A DNA stretch of 55,663 nucleotides from a virus, in the IMG/VR virus record IMGVR_UViG_3300045988_174416. One strand, written 5' to 3'. Below the pieces are notes generated by a model. That model was not told the origin of the DNA. It did not search any database and worked only from the letters and a program-made list of their open reading frames with translations. The translations under genes and the position numbers were made by a program. Positions within the stretch are counted from its first letter, which is position 1, and every line of letters starts with the position of its first letter. This document shows, piece after piece, positions 27,462-36,458 of this stretch.

Positions 27462-28532
27462 TTACTCTTTTATAAATTTTGTTATACATACATTTATATT
27501 TGTGCCTTTTCCGCTATTTTTAAACGCTCCTGAAAAAGTTTCGCTGCTTACTGCATATTGATTAAATATTTTTTGAAAATCTTTACATGCTTTATTTTCT
27601 GCGGTTTTAATTGTAGGGGTATGAACTGCAACTAATACACCGCCATTTTTTAACATATTAAAAGCGTGTGTTATGTGTTTAGCGTCCATGTTTTTAGAAA
27701 ATGGAGGGTTCATTAAAATTTTATCAAATTGTCTTTTTGCTTGATATTCCATAAAATCAATATTTTTTGTATCATAACCGCTATTTTTTAATATTTCTGC
27801 TAAAATCGGGCTTAATTCAACGCATACAATATTATTTTTATTTAAGCCTTTTATAAGACTTCCCATGCCTGCGGACGGTTCAAGAATAAAGTCATCTTTT
27901 TTTATTTCTGCTAATTCTCTTATTTTTTCGCTCAACTTGTCCGGTGTAGGGTAAAAATCAAATTTTTCTGATAGGGTTACACCTTTTAAATTTTTGCCTA
28001 TTTTTAATATTTGCTCGTTTGTAAAATCCCCCTGATTTTTAAAAGCAGTGCATTTTTTATATTTTGTTCTTATGCAATTAAAACTTTTTAAAAATTCAGT
28101 TATTTTTTTATAAATTTGATTAGATAGCCATTTTTCAGGTAATACAAGCAAATTTTCATGAGTTTCAATAATATCGAAAACATCTGAAACGGTGTAAAAT
28201 AATTTTGTGCCGTCCTCCTCTATGTATTCGGCTAACTCTTTATAAATTTTATATAAAACGCTTTTTAAGTCCGGCAAATTATAAAAATCTTTTGCACAAT
28301 TCAAAAATGTATATACATTTGATTTTTCGCTTATGTCTAATTGCAAGCATAGCATGCATGCCTCTATAAAATCATCAATATATAGATTTTTATTTGCTAT
28401 TTTATTATAAAATTCATAATCAGAAGTGCATACTTCCATAATTGCAAGTGCAACGGCTTTTTTTAATTGTTCCTCCGTTTCAACTACTCCATAAGAATAT
28501 AAACCATAATTTTTTATTTTTTCATTTATCAT
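27462..28532 (-). CDS. N6-adenine DNA methyltransferase (gamma-like order, NPPF) with a roughly 190-aa N-terminal extension of unknown function
   Basis: DFYPTP...ILEPSAGMGSL (motif I) ... ILMNPPFS (motif IV). Confidence 0.7.
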   Translation of the reverse strand: MINEKIKNYGLYSYGVVETEEQLKKAVALAIMEVCTSDYEFYNKIANKNLYIDDFIEACMLCLQLDISEKSNVYTFLNCAKDFYNLPDLKSVLYKIYKELAEYIEEDGTKLFYTVSDVFDIIETHENLLVLPEKWLSNQIYKKITEFLKSFNCIRTKYKKCTAFKNQGDFTNEQILKIGKNLKGVTLSEKFDFYPTPDKLSEKIRELAEIKKDDFILEPSAGMGSLIKGLNKNNIVCVELSPILAEILKNSGYDTKNIDFMEYQAKRQFDKILMNPPFSKNMDAKHITHAFNMLKNGGVLVAVHTPTIKTAENKACKDFQKIFNQYAVSSETFSGAFKNSGKGTNINVCITKFIKE

Positions 28533-28559
28533 TTTTTTAACGCTCCTATTTTATTATTT

Positions 28560-28799
28560 TTAACCAATTTGCATGCTATATGATAAACAATACATCATAA
28601 TCATGCCTTTTTTGTTCCTGCTCAAATATACATTTTGAGCGGTTTTTTCTGATATTACATTATCTTTTTGTAAACTATCAACAAACATATTGAACTCTGT
28701 TTTTAATTTTATTTTATCGTCTTTGTAAAGTTCTTTGAGGTTGTAACCGTCCATATTAAAACCTTGTTTAATTGTTAATAAATCGTTTTTTACTGTCAT
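28560..28799 (-). CDS. Small hypothetical protein
   Basis: ORF. Confidence 0.3.
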   Translation of the reverse strand: MTVKNDLLTIKQGFNMDGYNLKELYKDDKIKLKTEFNMFVDSLQKDNVISEKTAQNVYLSRNKKGMIMMYCLSYSMQIG

Positions 28800-28801
28800 G
28801 A

Positions 28802-29386
28802 TTATGCCTCCTCAATTTTGCCTTGTTCATTAAAATAATATTCATTTGCAATTAAAGTTTCTTTTACTTGTTCATCACTTCGCAAAAAATCATAATCATT
28901 TGACAAATTATTATATAATTCTCCGCAAGCCTCCAGCCGGATTTTTTCAATATAATTTTTTATTGTGTCAATATGTTTTTCAATTCTTTTAAAATCTTTT
29001 TGAAAATAAGTAATAATGTCAAAATTTACTGTATTTTCATGCGTGTAAAAATTTGCAAGATGATTTTCTTTTAATTCAATTTCACAATAATTTTTTATAA
29101 TATTTATTAGCCATGTTTTATGTTTTATTTCTAAATTTTCAAGCAATAAATTTAATTCAAATTCAGAGCAAACAAAACATGCTCCGCTGCCTTGACAGCA
29201 TGATAAATCATAATAAACAGTAGGATTTAAAAAGCCTTTATCGGCTAAATTTTGCATGTGCGTGTCGTTATTTTCGTAAATGTTCACATCTTCAACATTA
29301 ATATCTCGGTAATTGTTTAAAATTGTTTCTTGTAATTCTTTTGAACATTCTTTAAACTGTCTTAAAATAATTGTTTTTGTTTTCAT
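28802..29386 (-). CDS. Hypothetical protein
   Basis: ORF with RBS AGGAGCG. Confidence 0.4.
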   Translation of the reverse strand: MKTKTIILRQFKECSKELQETILNNYRDINVEDVNIYENNDTHMQNLADKGFLNPTVYYDLSCCQGSGACFVCSEFELNLLLENLEIKHKTWLINIIKNYCEIELKENHLANFYTHENTVNFDIITYFQKDFKRIEKHIDTIKNYIEKIRLEACGELYNNLSNDYDFLRSDEQVKETLIANEYYFNEQGKIEEA

Positions 29387-29413
29387 CTTGTTACGCTCCT
29401 ATATTTTTATTTT

Positions 29414-29614
29414 TTAAACTGTTTTTGTGATAATTTCCCGAACTATTAAGCCCTTGTTTTTAATTGCCATATTTTTTATATAGTCGGCTTTTTGTTCTTT
29501 GTTTAATGGTTTTATTTTGCCTTTTCTTATGTATCGGGCTATGTTTTCCGGTTTTTGCGTGCCTGTCATAAAATAAAATTTTTCATCATCAATAGAAAAT
29601 AAAGTTAATATCAT
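29414..29614 (-). CDS. Small hypothetical protein
   Basis: ORF. Confidence 0.3.
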   Translation of the reverse strand: MILTLFSIDDEKFYFMTGTQKPENIARYIRKGKIKPLNKEQKADYIKNMAIKNKGLIVREIITKTV

Positions 29615-29623
29615 GTTAGCCTC

Positions 29624-30541
29624 CTATTTAAAAATTTTTCTATCTTTAACATTTGGGTTACAAAAATGAACTTGTTTATTTTTATAAAAAGCCCCTGTTA
29701 ATTCCCCATTGCTCATTAAAGCAAATTCTTTTATATTGCCTCTTATGTCGTCATATTCTTTTTTGCTCATGTGTTGTACCATGTCAAAATCCCCGATAAT
29801 TTCATGATAAAAATTATTACAAGATAATTTTTTACCGATTTTTAAATGTCTTTGTTTTAAATATTGTTTTAATTCGCTCATAGTTTTAAAGCATGACTGC
29901 GTGCTATAAAAACATGGGCTTGCTTTGTCCCAATTTTTAACCATGTATTTATAATCAGAATTAAAAATTCTTGAAACGACAAGAGCAATATATTTTCTAT
30001 CAAGTACAAGTTTAAATTTGTTTACTTTTACTTTTATATACATGCCTCCGTTCCCTCTTGCTCCGGTGTGTCCCCATGTCCATATTGTCTTAAAAGCAGT
30101 GCCGATATATTTTATATTTTTAATGTCTAAATCATGCCATGCTCCGCCTGATGTGCTGAAACAATCAATATCTATATAATGACTGCTTGCATGTTCGCAC
30201 CATGTCCAGCCTGTATCGTTATAACTGCATTTTTCAATGTGTGCATTTTGGTAAAATATTTTATTATTATTGCTCCATACTTCTAAAACGTCTGCCGGAT
30301 TAGGTTTTTTAGTACTTTGGGTTCTTGCATTAAATCTATTTTGAATATCAATATACATTTGAACATCTGAAACGGTTAGCCCATGTTCATTTATAAAGGA
30401 ATAGTTATTTTTAATAATCTCAATAATAATATCTTTATCAAATTTATTAAAAATATCTTTATCAAGTTGCCATGCTCTTACATATAGTTCATGGTCATTT
30501 AAAAATTGCTCTACATTAAAATTTTGTGTTATATTTTGCAT
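29624..30541 (-). CDS. Hypothetical protein (start at MQNITQ)
   Basis: AGGAGCG lies 7 nt upstream of the ATG at 30541. Confidence 0.45.
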   Translation of the reverse strand: MQNITQNFNVEQFLNDHELYVRAWQLDKDIFNKFDKDIIIEIIKNNYSFINEHGLTVSDVQMYIDIQNRFNARTQSTKKPNPADVLEVWSNNNKIFYQNAHIEKCSYNDTGWTWCEHASSHYIDIDCFSTSGGAWHDLDIKNIKYIGTAFKTIWTWGHTGARGNGGMYIKVKVNKFKLVLDRKYIALVVSRIFNSDYKYMVKNWDKASPCFYSTQSCFKTMSELKQYLKQRHLKIGKKLSCNNFYHEIIGDFDMVQHMSKKEYDDIRGNIKEFALMSNGELTGAFYKNKQVHFCNPNVKDRKIFK

Positions 30542-30560
30542 TTTGTACGCTCCTTTGCTT

Positions 30561-30788
30561 TTATTCAATATCTAAATTAAAAAGTCTTTTAAATTCGTTC
30601 ATTAGTTCCATGCTTGATGTGTTTATATTGTCCTCTTTTGGTAGTGCCTGCAATTTGTTTATCTCTATTATGTCCATGTCCTCAACTGCTAAAATAAAAT
30701 TAAAAGTTCTATACATCAAATTTGAAAAAGTTTTAAAATCCTGCTCGGACATATTTTGAACTTTGTTTTTAAATTTGTTTAGTGTCAT
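30561..30788 (-). CDS. Hypothetical protein, first gene of the minus-strand block
   Basis: RBS AAAGGACGG. Confidence 0.4.
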   Translation of the reverse strand: MTLNKFKNKVQNMSEQDFKTFSNLMYRTFNFILAVEDMDIIEINKLQALPKEDNINTSSMELMNEFKRLFNLDIE

Positions 30789-30825
30789 GGTTTACCGTCC
30801 TTTATTTATTCACTTTGTACGCTCT

Positions 30826-30847
30826 TTTTATATCAAATAAATTGATA
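30826..30847 (-). promoter_or_regulatory. Divergent fifth copy of the early promoter/operator (leftward early promoter)
   Basis: Minus strand reads TATCAATTTATTTGATATAAAA. The dyad TATCA-N7-TGATA and the extended -10 (TGaTATAAA) are conserved. Confidence 0.5.
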
Positions 30848-30939
30848 TATCTATTATCATTATAAACTAATAAAAACAAATTTCAACCCTTAAATGTTAT
30901 TTTTATTATATAACATTTACAAAACTTTACATTAAATTA

Positions 30940-30972
30940 AAAGCCCTTAATATATAAGGGTTTTGGGCTTGT
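30940..30972. terminator. Hairpin aagccCTTAatataTAAGGGttttgggctt with A/T tracts on both sides (bidirectional terminator-like)
   Basis: Read from the sequence. Confidence 0.35.
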
Positions 30973-31039
30973 ATAATTTTGCTTAAAATTATTAAATTTT
31001 GTAAAAATCATATATTTGTATGAGTTTTTTATATTTCCG

Positions 31040-31180
31040 GCTCTTTGTTGCCTTGTTTCTCTTTTCCTTGTCTTTCCTTACTTTCCTGCTTTGTTTTGTT
31101 CTTTTGCCTTGTCTTTATTGCCTTAATGCCTTGTTAATATGTCTTAAATGCTTATGCCTGTTGATTTTGATAGACTTTTT
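31040..31180. repeat. Polypyrimidine tract with about 6 copies of (T)GCCTTGT / TCCTTG iteron-like repeats
   Basis: ttgccttgtttc...tccttgtcttt...ttgccttgtcttt...ttgccttaatgccttgttaat. The top strand is almost purine-free. Confidence 0.5.
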
Positions 31181-31388
31181 GGGGATTTTATAGGCTTAAA
31201 AGCCTTATGTAGTAATACTTTGAGGGACTTTTGGGACTTTTTAAGGTATAAAAAATATATTTCTCTCTCTCTTAATAATAATAATAATAAAAATTACTCG
31301 GTATTATATAAAAGTATCAAAAAGGTTAAAAGTAAGACTATAAAGGCATTTAAGGGGCTAAAGTCAGGGCAAAAAGGCTTAAAAATCA

Positions 31389-31490
31389 ATAGCCGTAAGG
31401 CTTTCAGGCATACAGGAATAAAAGCAACGGCAAGCCGGACGGCTCAAGAGGGGCAATAAATCAGGGCAAGGGGGCAAAAATCAACCGCAT
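31389..31490. repeat. Imperfect direct repeat unit A (paired with 31650-31735)
   Basis: Shared blocks agccgtaaggc, aataaaagcaa, ccggacgg, caagaggg(g)caa and cagggc. Confidence 0.5.
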
Positions 31491-31649
31491 AAAATCCGGT
31501 TATGGTTTACCCTGCTTAAAAATTAAATTTCAGGCGGTTAGCAAGCCATTTAAGAGGGGTTAAAAGTTCAGATATATAAACATAAGCAAGCAAGCAAAAC
31601 AAAGCCTTGTTACATAATATTTATTATCAGTATGTATCGAAACGATACA

Positions 31650-31735
31650 ACCAATAAAAGCAAGTAACCGGACGGACAAAAGCCCAAGAGGGCAAAAGCA
31701 GCAGGGCTGGAAAGCCTTGAGCCGTAAGGCATAGA
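31650..31735. repeat. Imperfect direct repeat unit B, followed by C9 and C5 tracts (31736-31751)
   Basis: Same blocks as unit A, with agccgtaaggc relocated to the 3' side. Preceded by the perfect hairpin tgtatcg-aaa-cgataca (31633-31649). Confidence 0.5.
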
Positions 31736-31966
31736 CCCCCCCCCTACCCCCTGAAAATCTGCAAAATCAAGCCTCAAACCCCCGATAGTACCCCCAGAAA
31801 AATTTTTCAAATTTCAAATATTTTAAGCCTGTCTATCGCCTCTCACTTCATTGTACCTCACATCGTACTCACTATATAAAATAACTGACATCACATTTCA
31901 AACTTAAATTTTTAACGATTTGCACCAAATAATTGTTGCACTTTTTCAATTTGCACATTATTTTTG

Positions 31967-32026
31967 TGGTATAATAATTGCATAAAATTGTCAAAACTTG
32001 ACAAAAAATTGTTCATCACTTAAAAT
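31967..32026 (+). promoter_or_regulatory. Late-operon promoter region: upstream extended -10 (TGgTATAAT, 31967-31975), then TTGACA (31998-32003)-17 bp-TAAAAT (32021-32026), with an overlapping inverted repeat TTGTCAA-aac-TTGACAA (31988-32004)
   Basis: Read from the sequence. RBS AAGGAG at 32035-32040 and ATG at 32047. Three TTGCAC hexamers lie upstream (31919, 31936, 31951). Confidence 0.5.
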
Positions 32027-32046
32027 TGATAAAAAAGGAGCAAAAA

Positions 32047-33273
32047 ATGAAAGAGAAAAAGGAAAGAAAAATTACTTATAATAAAGTAATGACTTTGCGG
32101 GATTATGCAAACCTTGCTTATTTCTTGGAAACAGGGGAATATGAGCGTGATTTTACTGGCTGCGACCCTAAAGCCTTACTGGAAGAAAAGAAGTACAGTA
32201 TGAGGCTAACAAAAGAGGATAAAAAATTGGTTGATAAATTCTTTGACCGATTTAAACTTGGCGTGTCTGCCGATACTATTTTTGCAAGCATACCAAAGGA
32301 AAAGAAAATTCAGCAGCCTGTTATTATTCAACAGGTGGTAGGTCAGCCAGCCGCACAAACATTACAACCTCCGACTGCTGCAAATGGCGACCCTTACAAC
32401 TCAAAGCCGCCTGTCCTTGATAACGAGGAAACAAAATCAACAAAAGTATATCCTGTTTATACTAATGACGAGCGTTGGGAACTGGCAGAGCAGTTGGAGC
32501 GTGAGGCAGTGGATAAATATAGCGAGCCTTTTGACGAGAATGTTGATAGGACGGATTTTTACTTCGTTAAAGACTGTAATAAGCCTGTAAATGATTTAAC
32601 TAATTTTGAGCCGATGTTGGCTCTTAAAATGATATTTGACGGAAAAGTTGACCCAAGCGAGGTGGCAGAGGTGGCAGGGGCAAAAGGCTCTTGGATTTTC
32701 TCTACACCTTGTACTGAAATGAACGGAATACACCCTGAATTTAAAAAGCGTTATAGTCAACTTACGCCTGCGATGTTGGAAATGCAGCAACTCGGTATTC
32801 AGTATCGCATGATTATGAGCGAGGACGAGCCTGCCGACCCTGAAAAGAAATTTGTTGATTATGCTTTGAGGCTTGGACGAGAACTGGACGAGGTTAAGGC
32901 TAAAGAGATTAAGGATTTGCAAAATTCCTTTATTGATAAAATAGATACGGTTAAAGGCGATACTATTTATCTTGTGTCTGATGACCCTGATGTTGAAACT
33001 CCTGACGAGATAAACTTTACCTACGATAATGCTGACGACCTTAAAAATGACCTTATGATATTGGCTCGCAAATATAAATTTGACTTTGACCAGCCTATTG
33101 ATGTATTCGGCAAAAAGACAAGTTATAGAAAAATTGTCAAAGAATATGAAAAACAATATCCGCATGGCATTAAAGGACTATACTTTAAGACGGCTAAAGA
33201 GGAGTTTTTGGCTGGCAAATTGTTATTAGGTGGGTTTATGGGAGTAGATTTTCAATGGCGAATAGAAAAATAA
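32047..33273 (+). CDS. Hypothetical protein, first gene of the late operon (ATG at 32047; the ORF-track TTG at 32026 is unlikely)
   Basis: AAGGAG lies 6 nt upstream of ATG 32047. Confidence 0.5.
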   Translation: MKEKKERKITYNKVMTLRDYANLAYFLETGEYERDFTGCDPKALLEEKKYSMRLTKEDKKLVDKFFDRFKLGVSADTIFASIPKEKKIQQPVIIQQVVGQPAAQTLQPPTAANGDPYNSKPPVLDNEETKSTKVYPVYTNDERWELAEQLEREAVDKYSEPFDENVDRTDFYFVKDCNKPVNDLTNFEPMLALKMIFDGKVDPSEVAEVAGAKGSWIFSTPCTEMNGIHPEFKKRYSQLTPAMLEMQQLGIQYRMIMSEDEPADPEKKFVDYALRLGRELDEVKAKEIKDLQNSFIDKIDTVKGDTIYLVSDDPDVETPDEINFTYDNADDLKNDLMILARKYKFDFDQPIDVFGKKTSYRKIVKEYEKQYPHGIKGLYFKTAKEEFLAGKLLLGGFMGVDFQWRIEK

Positions 33274-33965
33274 AAATAGCCAATGCAGGCGATTTACAAG
33301 CAAATATAGATTTGTTACGATGTAATAACATTATTAAGAATGGCGGCGTATGGGAACTGATAGGGCATAAAGAGGTGGAACTTAATTCGCACCTCTTTAA
33401 TACCCTCTGCTTTTTAGGAAAATTAAAATTGACTTCGCATTGTCAGGGCAGTAAATTTTATGAGTATAAATTGCAGGCATGCTCGTTTGATAAGGACGAG
33501 AAATATTATAAACAGTTGGCTCGCTTTACTTATAATCGCAAATTTTGGGCTTTGTATGATGTTAAAAGAATATTTGCAAAACTTGGATATGAGGTGTGGG
33601 CTGAATATTACGACAGGATTTTTCCGGCAGCAGAGTGTTCAATGCATGTAAAATGTCTTATATTCCAAAAAGACCGCTTTAGGCTGATTTTACCTTATTT
33701 TTCAAATATTGCAAATTTGCTTACTAAAAATTCTATATATAAACAAATTGTCAGAATAATAAGTGAGTTATATTTATTCGGTAGTAAAAATCCAAAATAC
33801 CCTTATGAAGTATCTTTAGTTTGCGACCCTGATACGCCTCAAATGCCGCCGCAGGCTATATTACCAGTGTTGCAAAGAAAGTGGAACTACCAATTTAAGC
33901 AAATTTCTGATACAGTATTAGTGTGGGCGAACTATGAGGAGGGGCAATATGACGCTATCAGATGA
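33255..33965 (+). CDS. Hypothetical protein
   Basis: ORF with start overlap. Confidence 0.45.
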   Translation: MANRKIKIANAGDLQANIDLLRCNNIIKNGGVWELIGHKEVELNSHLFNTLCFLGKLKLTSHCQGSKFYEYKLQACSFDKDEKYYKQLARFTYNRKFWALYDVKRIFAKLGYEVWAEYYDRIFPAAECSMHVKCLIFQKDRFRLILPYFSNIANLLTKNSIYKQIVRIISELYLFGSKNPKYPYEVSLVCDPDTPQMPPQAILPVLQRKWNYQFKQISDTVLVWANYEEGQYDAIR

Positions 33966-34308
33966 AGAATGGCAAGAGAAAGCGGAGCAAGGCTTAAAGG
34001 AACTTATCGAGGGGGCTACTGTTACAAAGGAGCAAATAGATAAAGACGGCTGCGTACATACTCTTGAGGCAAAATTACCTCCAAATATTGACGCTATAAA
34101 ATTTACTCTTAAAAACCGCTCAAAAGGCAAATGGGCTGACAAGACGGAAACAACGATTACACAGGTCAATGTCAACCTCAATGCCTCTTATAATGAGGTT
34201 AAAGAACTCATGGCAAGAGAAAAACAACGCCTTATTGAAGAACAAAAAGAGGGTGTTATTGATGTTGACTATATTGAGGTAGAAAATGCCGAGAACTCCG
34301 ATAAATAA
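33949..34308 (+). CDS. Small terminase subunit candidate
   Basis: GAGGAGG followed by ATG at 33949. 120 aa, acidic. Immediately upstream of, and overlapping, the TerL start. Confidence 0.35.
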   Translation: MTLSDEEWQEKAEQGLKELIEGATVTKEQIDKDGCVHTLEAKLPPNIDAIKFTLKNRSKGKWADKTETTITQVNVNLNASYNEVKELMAREKQRLIEEQKEGVIDVDYIEVENAENSDK

Positions 34309-36178
34309 TACTGAATACAATAATTATATCAAGTTTATGTTGTTCCTCAATAGCAATAGGGGCTATTGTTCGGCTATTGACCCTGAATATTTTGATTTTG
34401 TTAGTTCTATAAAAGTCTTTCCTGAAAATCTTGCAAGGACTGTTTTATTGGGTACGCCTATATTTAAGCAGCGTGGCATTTATATTTTGCACCGTCAAGG
34501 CAAGGATAGCAAAGTAAAAGGTGGGGAATTTTGGCTTACTCATAACGGAATGGATATTGTACGCAACGAGCCGAGAGAGCATTTTCCGGCATTTTTACAA
34601 GAGCCAATAACTACGCCTGTTCAAGAGGGGGAACAACCGACCGCTTTAGATATTGTTCGTCAAGCAAAAATTGAGTATGACCGCAAGCGAAAAGAGGAGC
34701 AAGAAAAACGCTGGACAAAAGAGGAGGTTGTTCATCTGCTTACAAATGAGGCACACATGGTTGGTCGTATGCTGGGGACAGGTTATGACTTGTTAGAGCC
34801 TATTCATAGCGAATGGATTAAAACATGGGTATTAAACCCTCAAGGATTTCGTGTTACCGTCCACCAAGCACACAGGGATAGTTTTAAATCAACTTGTTTA
34901 AGGCTCTGCATAGCCATTCTGCTTATATTAAATCCTCTTTTAACCATAATTTTATTGCGTAAATCAGAGGACGCAGTAAAAGAACTTGTAAATGGTGTCA
35001 GTAAAATTCTTGATACGCCTTTGTTTCAGACATTTATTAACATTTTACACCCTGATATTGTTAAAAAAGGTGGCTTTAAAAAGACTACTGATACTGCATT
35101 AAGCATTGATACTAACTTAAATACAAGTCTTTCAGGGGAATTTCAATTAAGAGGCTTGGGGCTTGGCTCGCCATTAACAGGTAAGCACGCTGCCCTGATT
35201 ATAACGGACGATATTGTTACTACTGACGATAGAGAGAGTGAGGCTGAAAGACGCAGCACTATTGCAAAGTATCAGGAATTGATGAACATATTATCAAATA
35301 ATAAAGGTTTTTCAGATACTCGCATACTTAACATCGGTACGCCTTGGCATGAGGAGGACGCTTTTGCTCTTATGGAGCGAGGCTTAAAAGAGAAATCCGA
35401 CAGACAAAAAGAACTTGAAGAAATAGACTTAAGAAATTTGTCGCCAAAAGAAGTTAAAGCGATTAAAAGAGAAATCCGACAATTAAACATGTTGCGTGGT
35501 TTGTTTGTATATAATTGCTACCAAACAGGCTTGATGACTAAAGAGGATATTGAGTGGAAAAAGCGTGTATTGAATGATGACGCATTATTCCAAGCAAACT
35601 ATATGCTATCCCTTGTTTCTGACGCTGAAAAACCATTTCCTAAAATTAAGAATGTCGGCAACTATTCAAAAACCTTTTATCAGAACGCTTGGGAGGTTTT
35701 TGCAGCCATTGACGCCGCATATTCAGGCGATGACCGTACTGCCGTTGGTATAGGGGCTTGTAATTGGGAAACAAATGAGGTCATTGTATATGGTCGCATG
35801 TATAAAACGGCTTTGGATAAAAATTATATGGAAGTTGCAGAAGTTTTGTTTGAGTGCGGCGTTTCAAAAATATTTATGGAAACTAATACTGATAAGGGGC
35901 TTATGGGCGATAAGTTTAGAGAATTAGGCTTTGTGGTTGATAGTTACCATGAAAGTATGAATAAGCATACAAAAATTGTCAGCACTATTCGTCCTTATTG
36001 GCGTGAGGAGGGGCAAGAACTGCTGCCAGCAGTACAGTTTGTTGAAGAAACTGACGAAGAATACTTAAAAGAAGTTTGGGGCTATAAAAAAGGCGTAAAA
36101 CACGATGACGCTCCTGATAATTTGGCATGTTTGTTATTAAAAGGTAAATTTGGCTCTTTAGCCGTTAGAGTTAGTTAG
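34286..36178 (+). CDS. Terminase large subunit (with an approximately 130-aa N-terminal extension)
   Basis: ATPase-like LIITDDIV. Nuclease motifs AAIDAAYSGDDRTAVG and a C-terminal HDDAPD. Confidence 0.7.
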   Translation: MPRTPINNTEYNNYIKFMLFLNSNRGYCSAIDPEYFDFVSSIKVFPENLARTVLLGTPIFKQRGIYILHRQGKDSKVKGGEFWLTHNGMDIVRNEPREHFPAFLQEPITTPVQEGEQPTALDIVRQAKIEYDRKRKEEQEKRWTKEEVVHLLTNEAHMVGRMLGTGYDLLEPIHSEWIKTWVLNPQGFRVTVHQAHRDSFKSTCLRLCIAILLILNPLLTIILLRKSEDAVKELVNGVSKILDTPLFQTFINILHPDIVKKGGFKKTTDTALSIDTNLNTSLSGEFQLRGLGLGSPLTGKHAALIITDDIVTTDDRESEAERRSTIAKYQELMNILSNNKGFSDTRILNIGTPWHEEDAFALMERGLKEKSDRQKELEEIDLRNLSPKEVKAIKREIRQLNMLRGLFVYNCYQTGLMTKEDIEWKKRVLNDDALFQANYMLSLVSDAEKPFPKIKNVGNYSKTFYQNAWEVFAAIDAAYSGDDRTAVGIGACNWETNEVIVYGRMYKTALDKNYMEVAEVLFECGVSKIFMETNTDKGLMGDKFRELGFVVDSYHESMNKHTKIVSTIRPYWREEGQELLPAVQFVEETDEEYLKEVWGYKKGVKHDDAPDNLACLLLKGKFGSLAVRVS

Positions 36179-36179
36179 A

Positions 36180-36458
36180 ATGGGTAGAAAAAACAAAAAA
36201 AATAAGAATAGAAGCAATAAAACTTGGGAATGGCGAAAGGTAAACATTGGCAAAGGGTGGACTTTGCTATCGGTTGAGTGTTATTTGCAACACACATGCC
36301 AAAATTGTATTTATTACCGATACTGTAAAACAACACAAAAAGGCTATAATACCCCTGTTTTAAGACAAGTTATAAGAGGTTTGTTTGCCAAATATGGTAA
36401 GCCTCCAGCCGATTTAATTGACAAAGCATGCCAAATTGGATATAATGATTTGTATTAG
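36180..36458 (+). CDS. Small basic Cys-rich protein
   Basis: HTCQNCIYYRYC. Confidence 0.4.
   Translation: MGRKNKKNKNRSNKTWEWRKVNIGKGWTLLSVECYLQHTCQNCIYYRYCKTTQKGYNTPVLRQVIRGLFAKYGKPPADLIDKACQIGYNDLY

Noticed and set aside
31148-31459. 103-aa ORF (and the minus-strand 31610..31810) in the intergenic hub
   Set aside because: Low-complexity, repeat-derived sequence with no RBS. It coincides with repeats and homopolymers.
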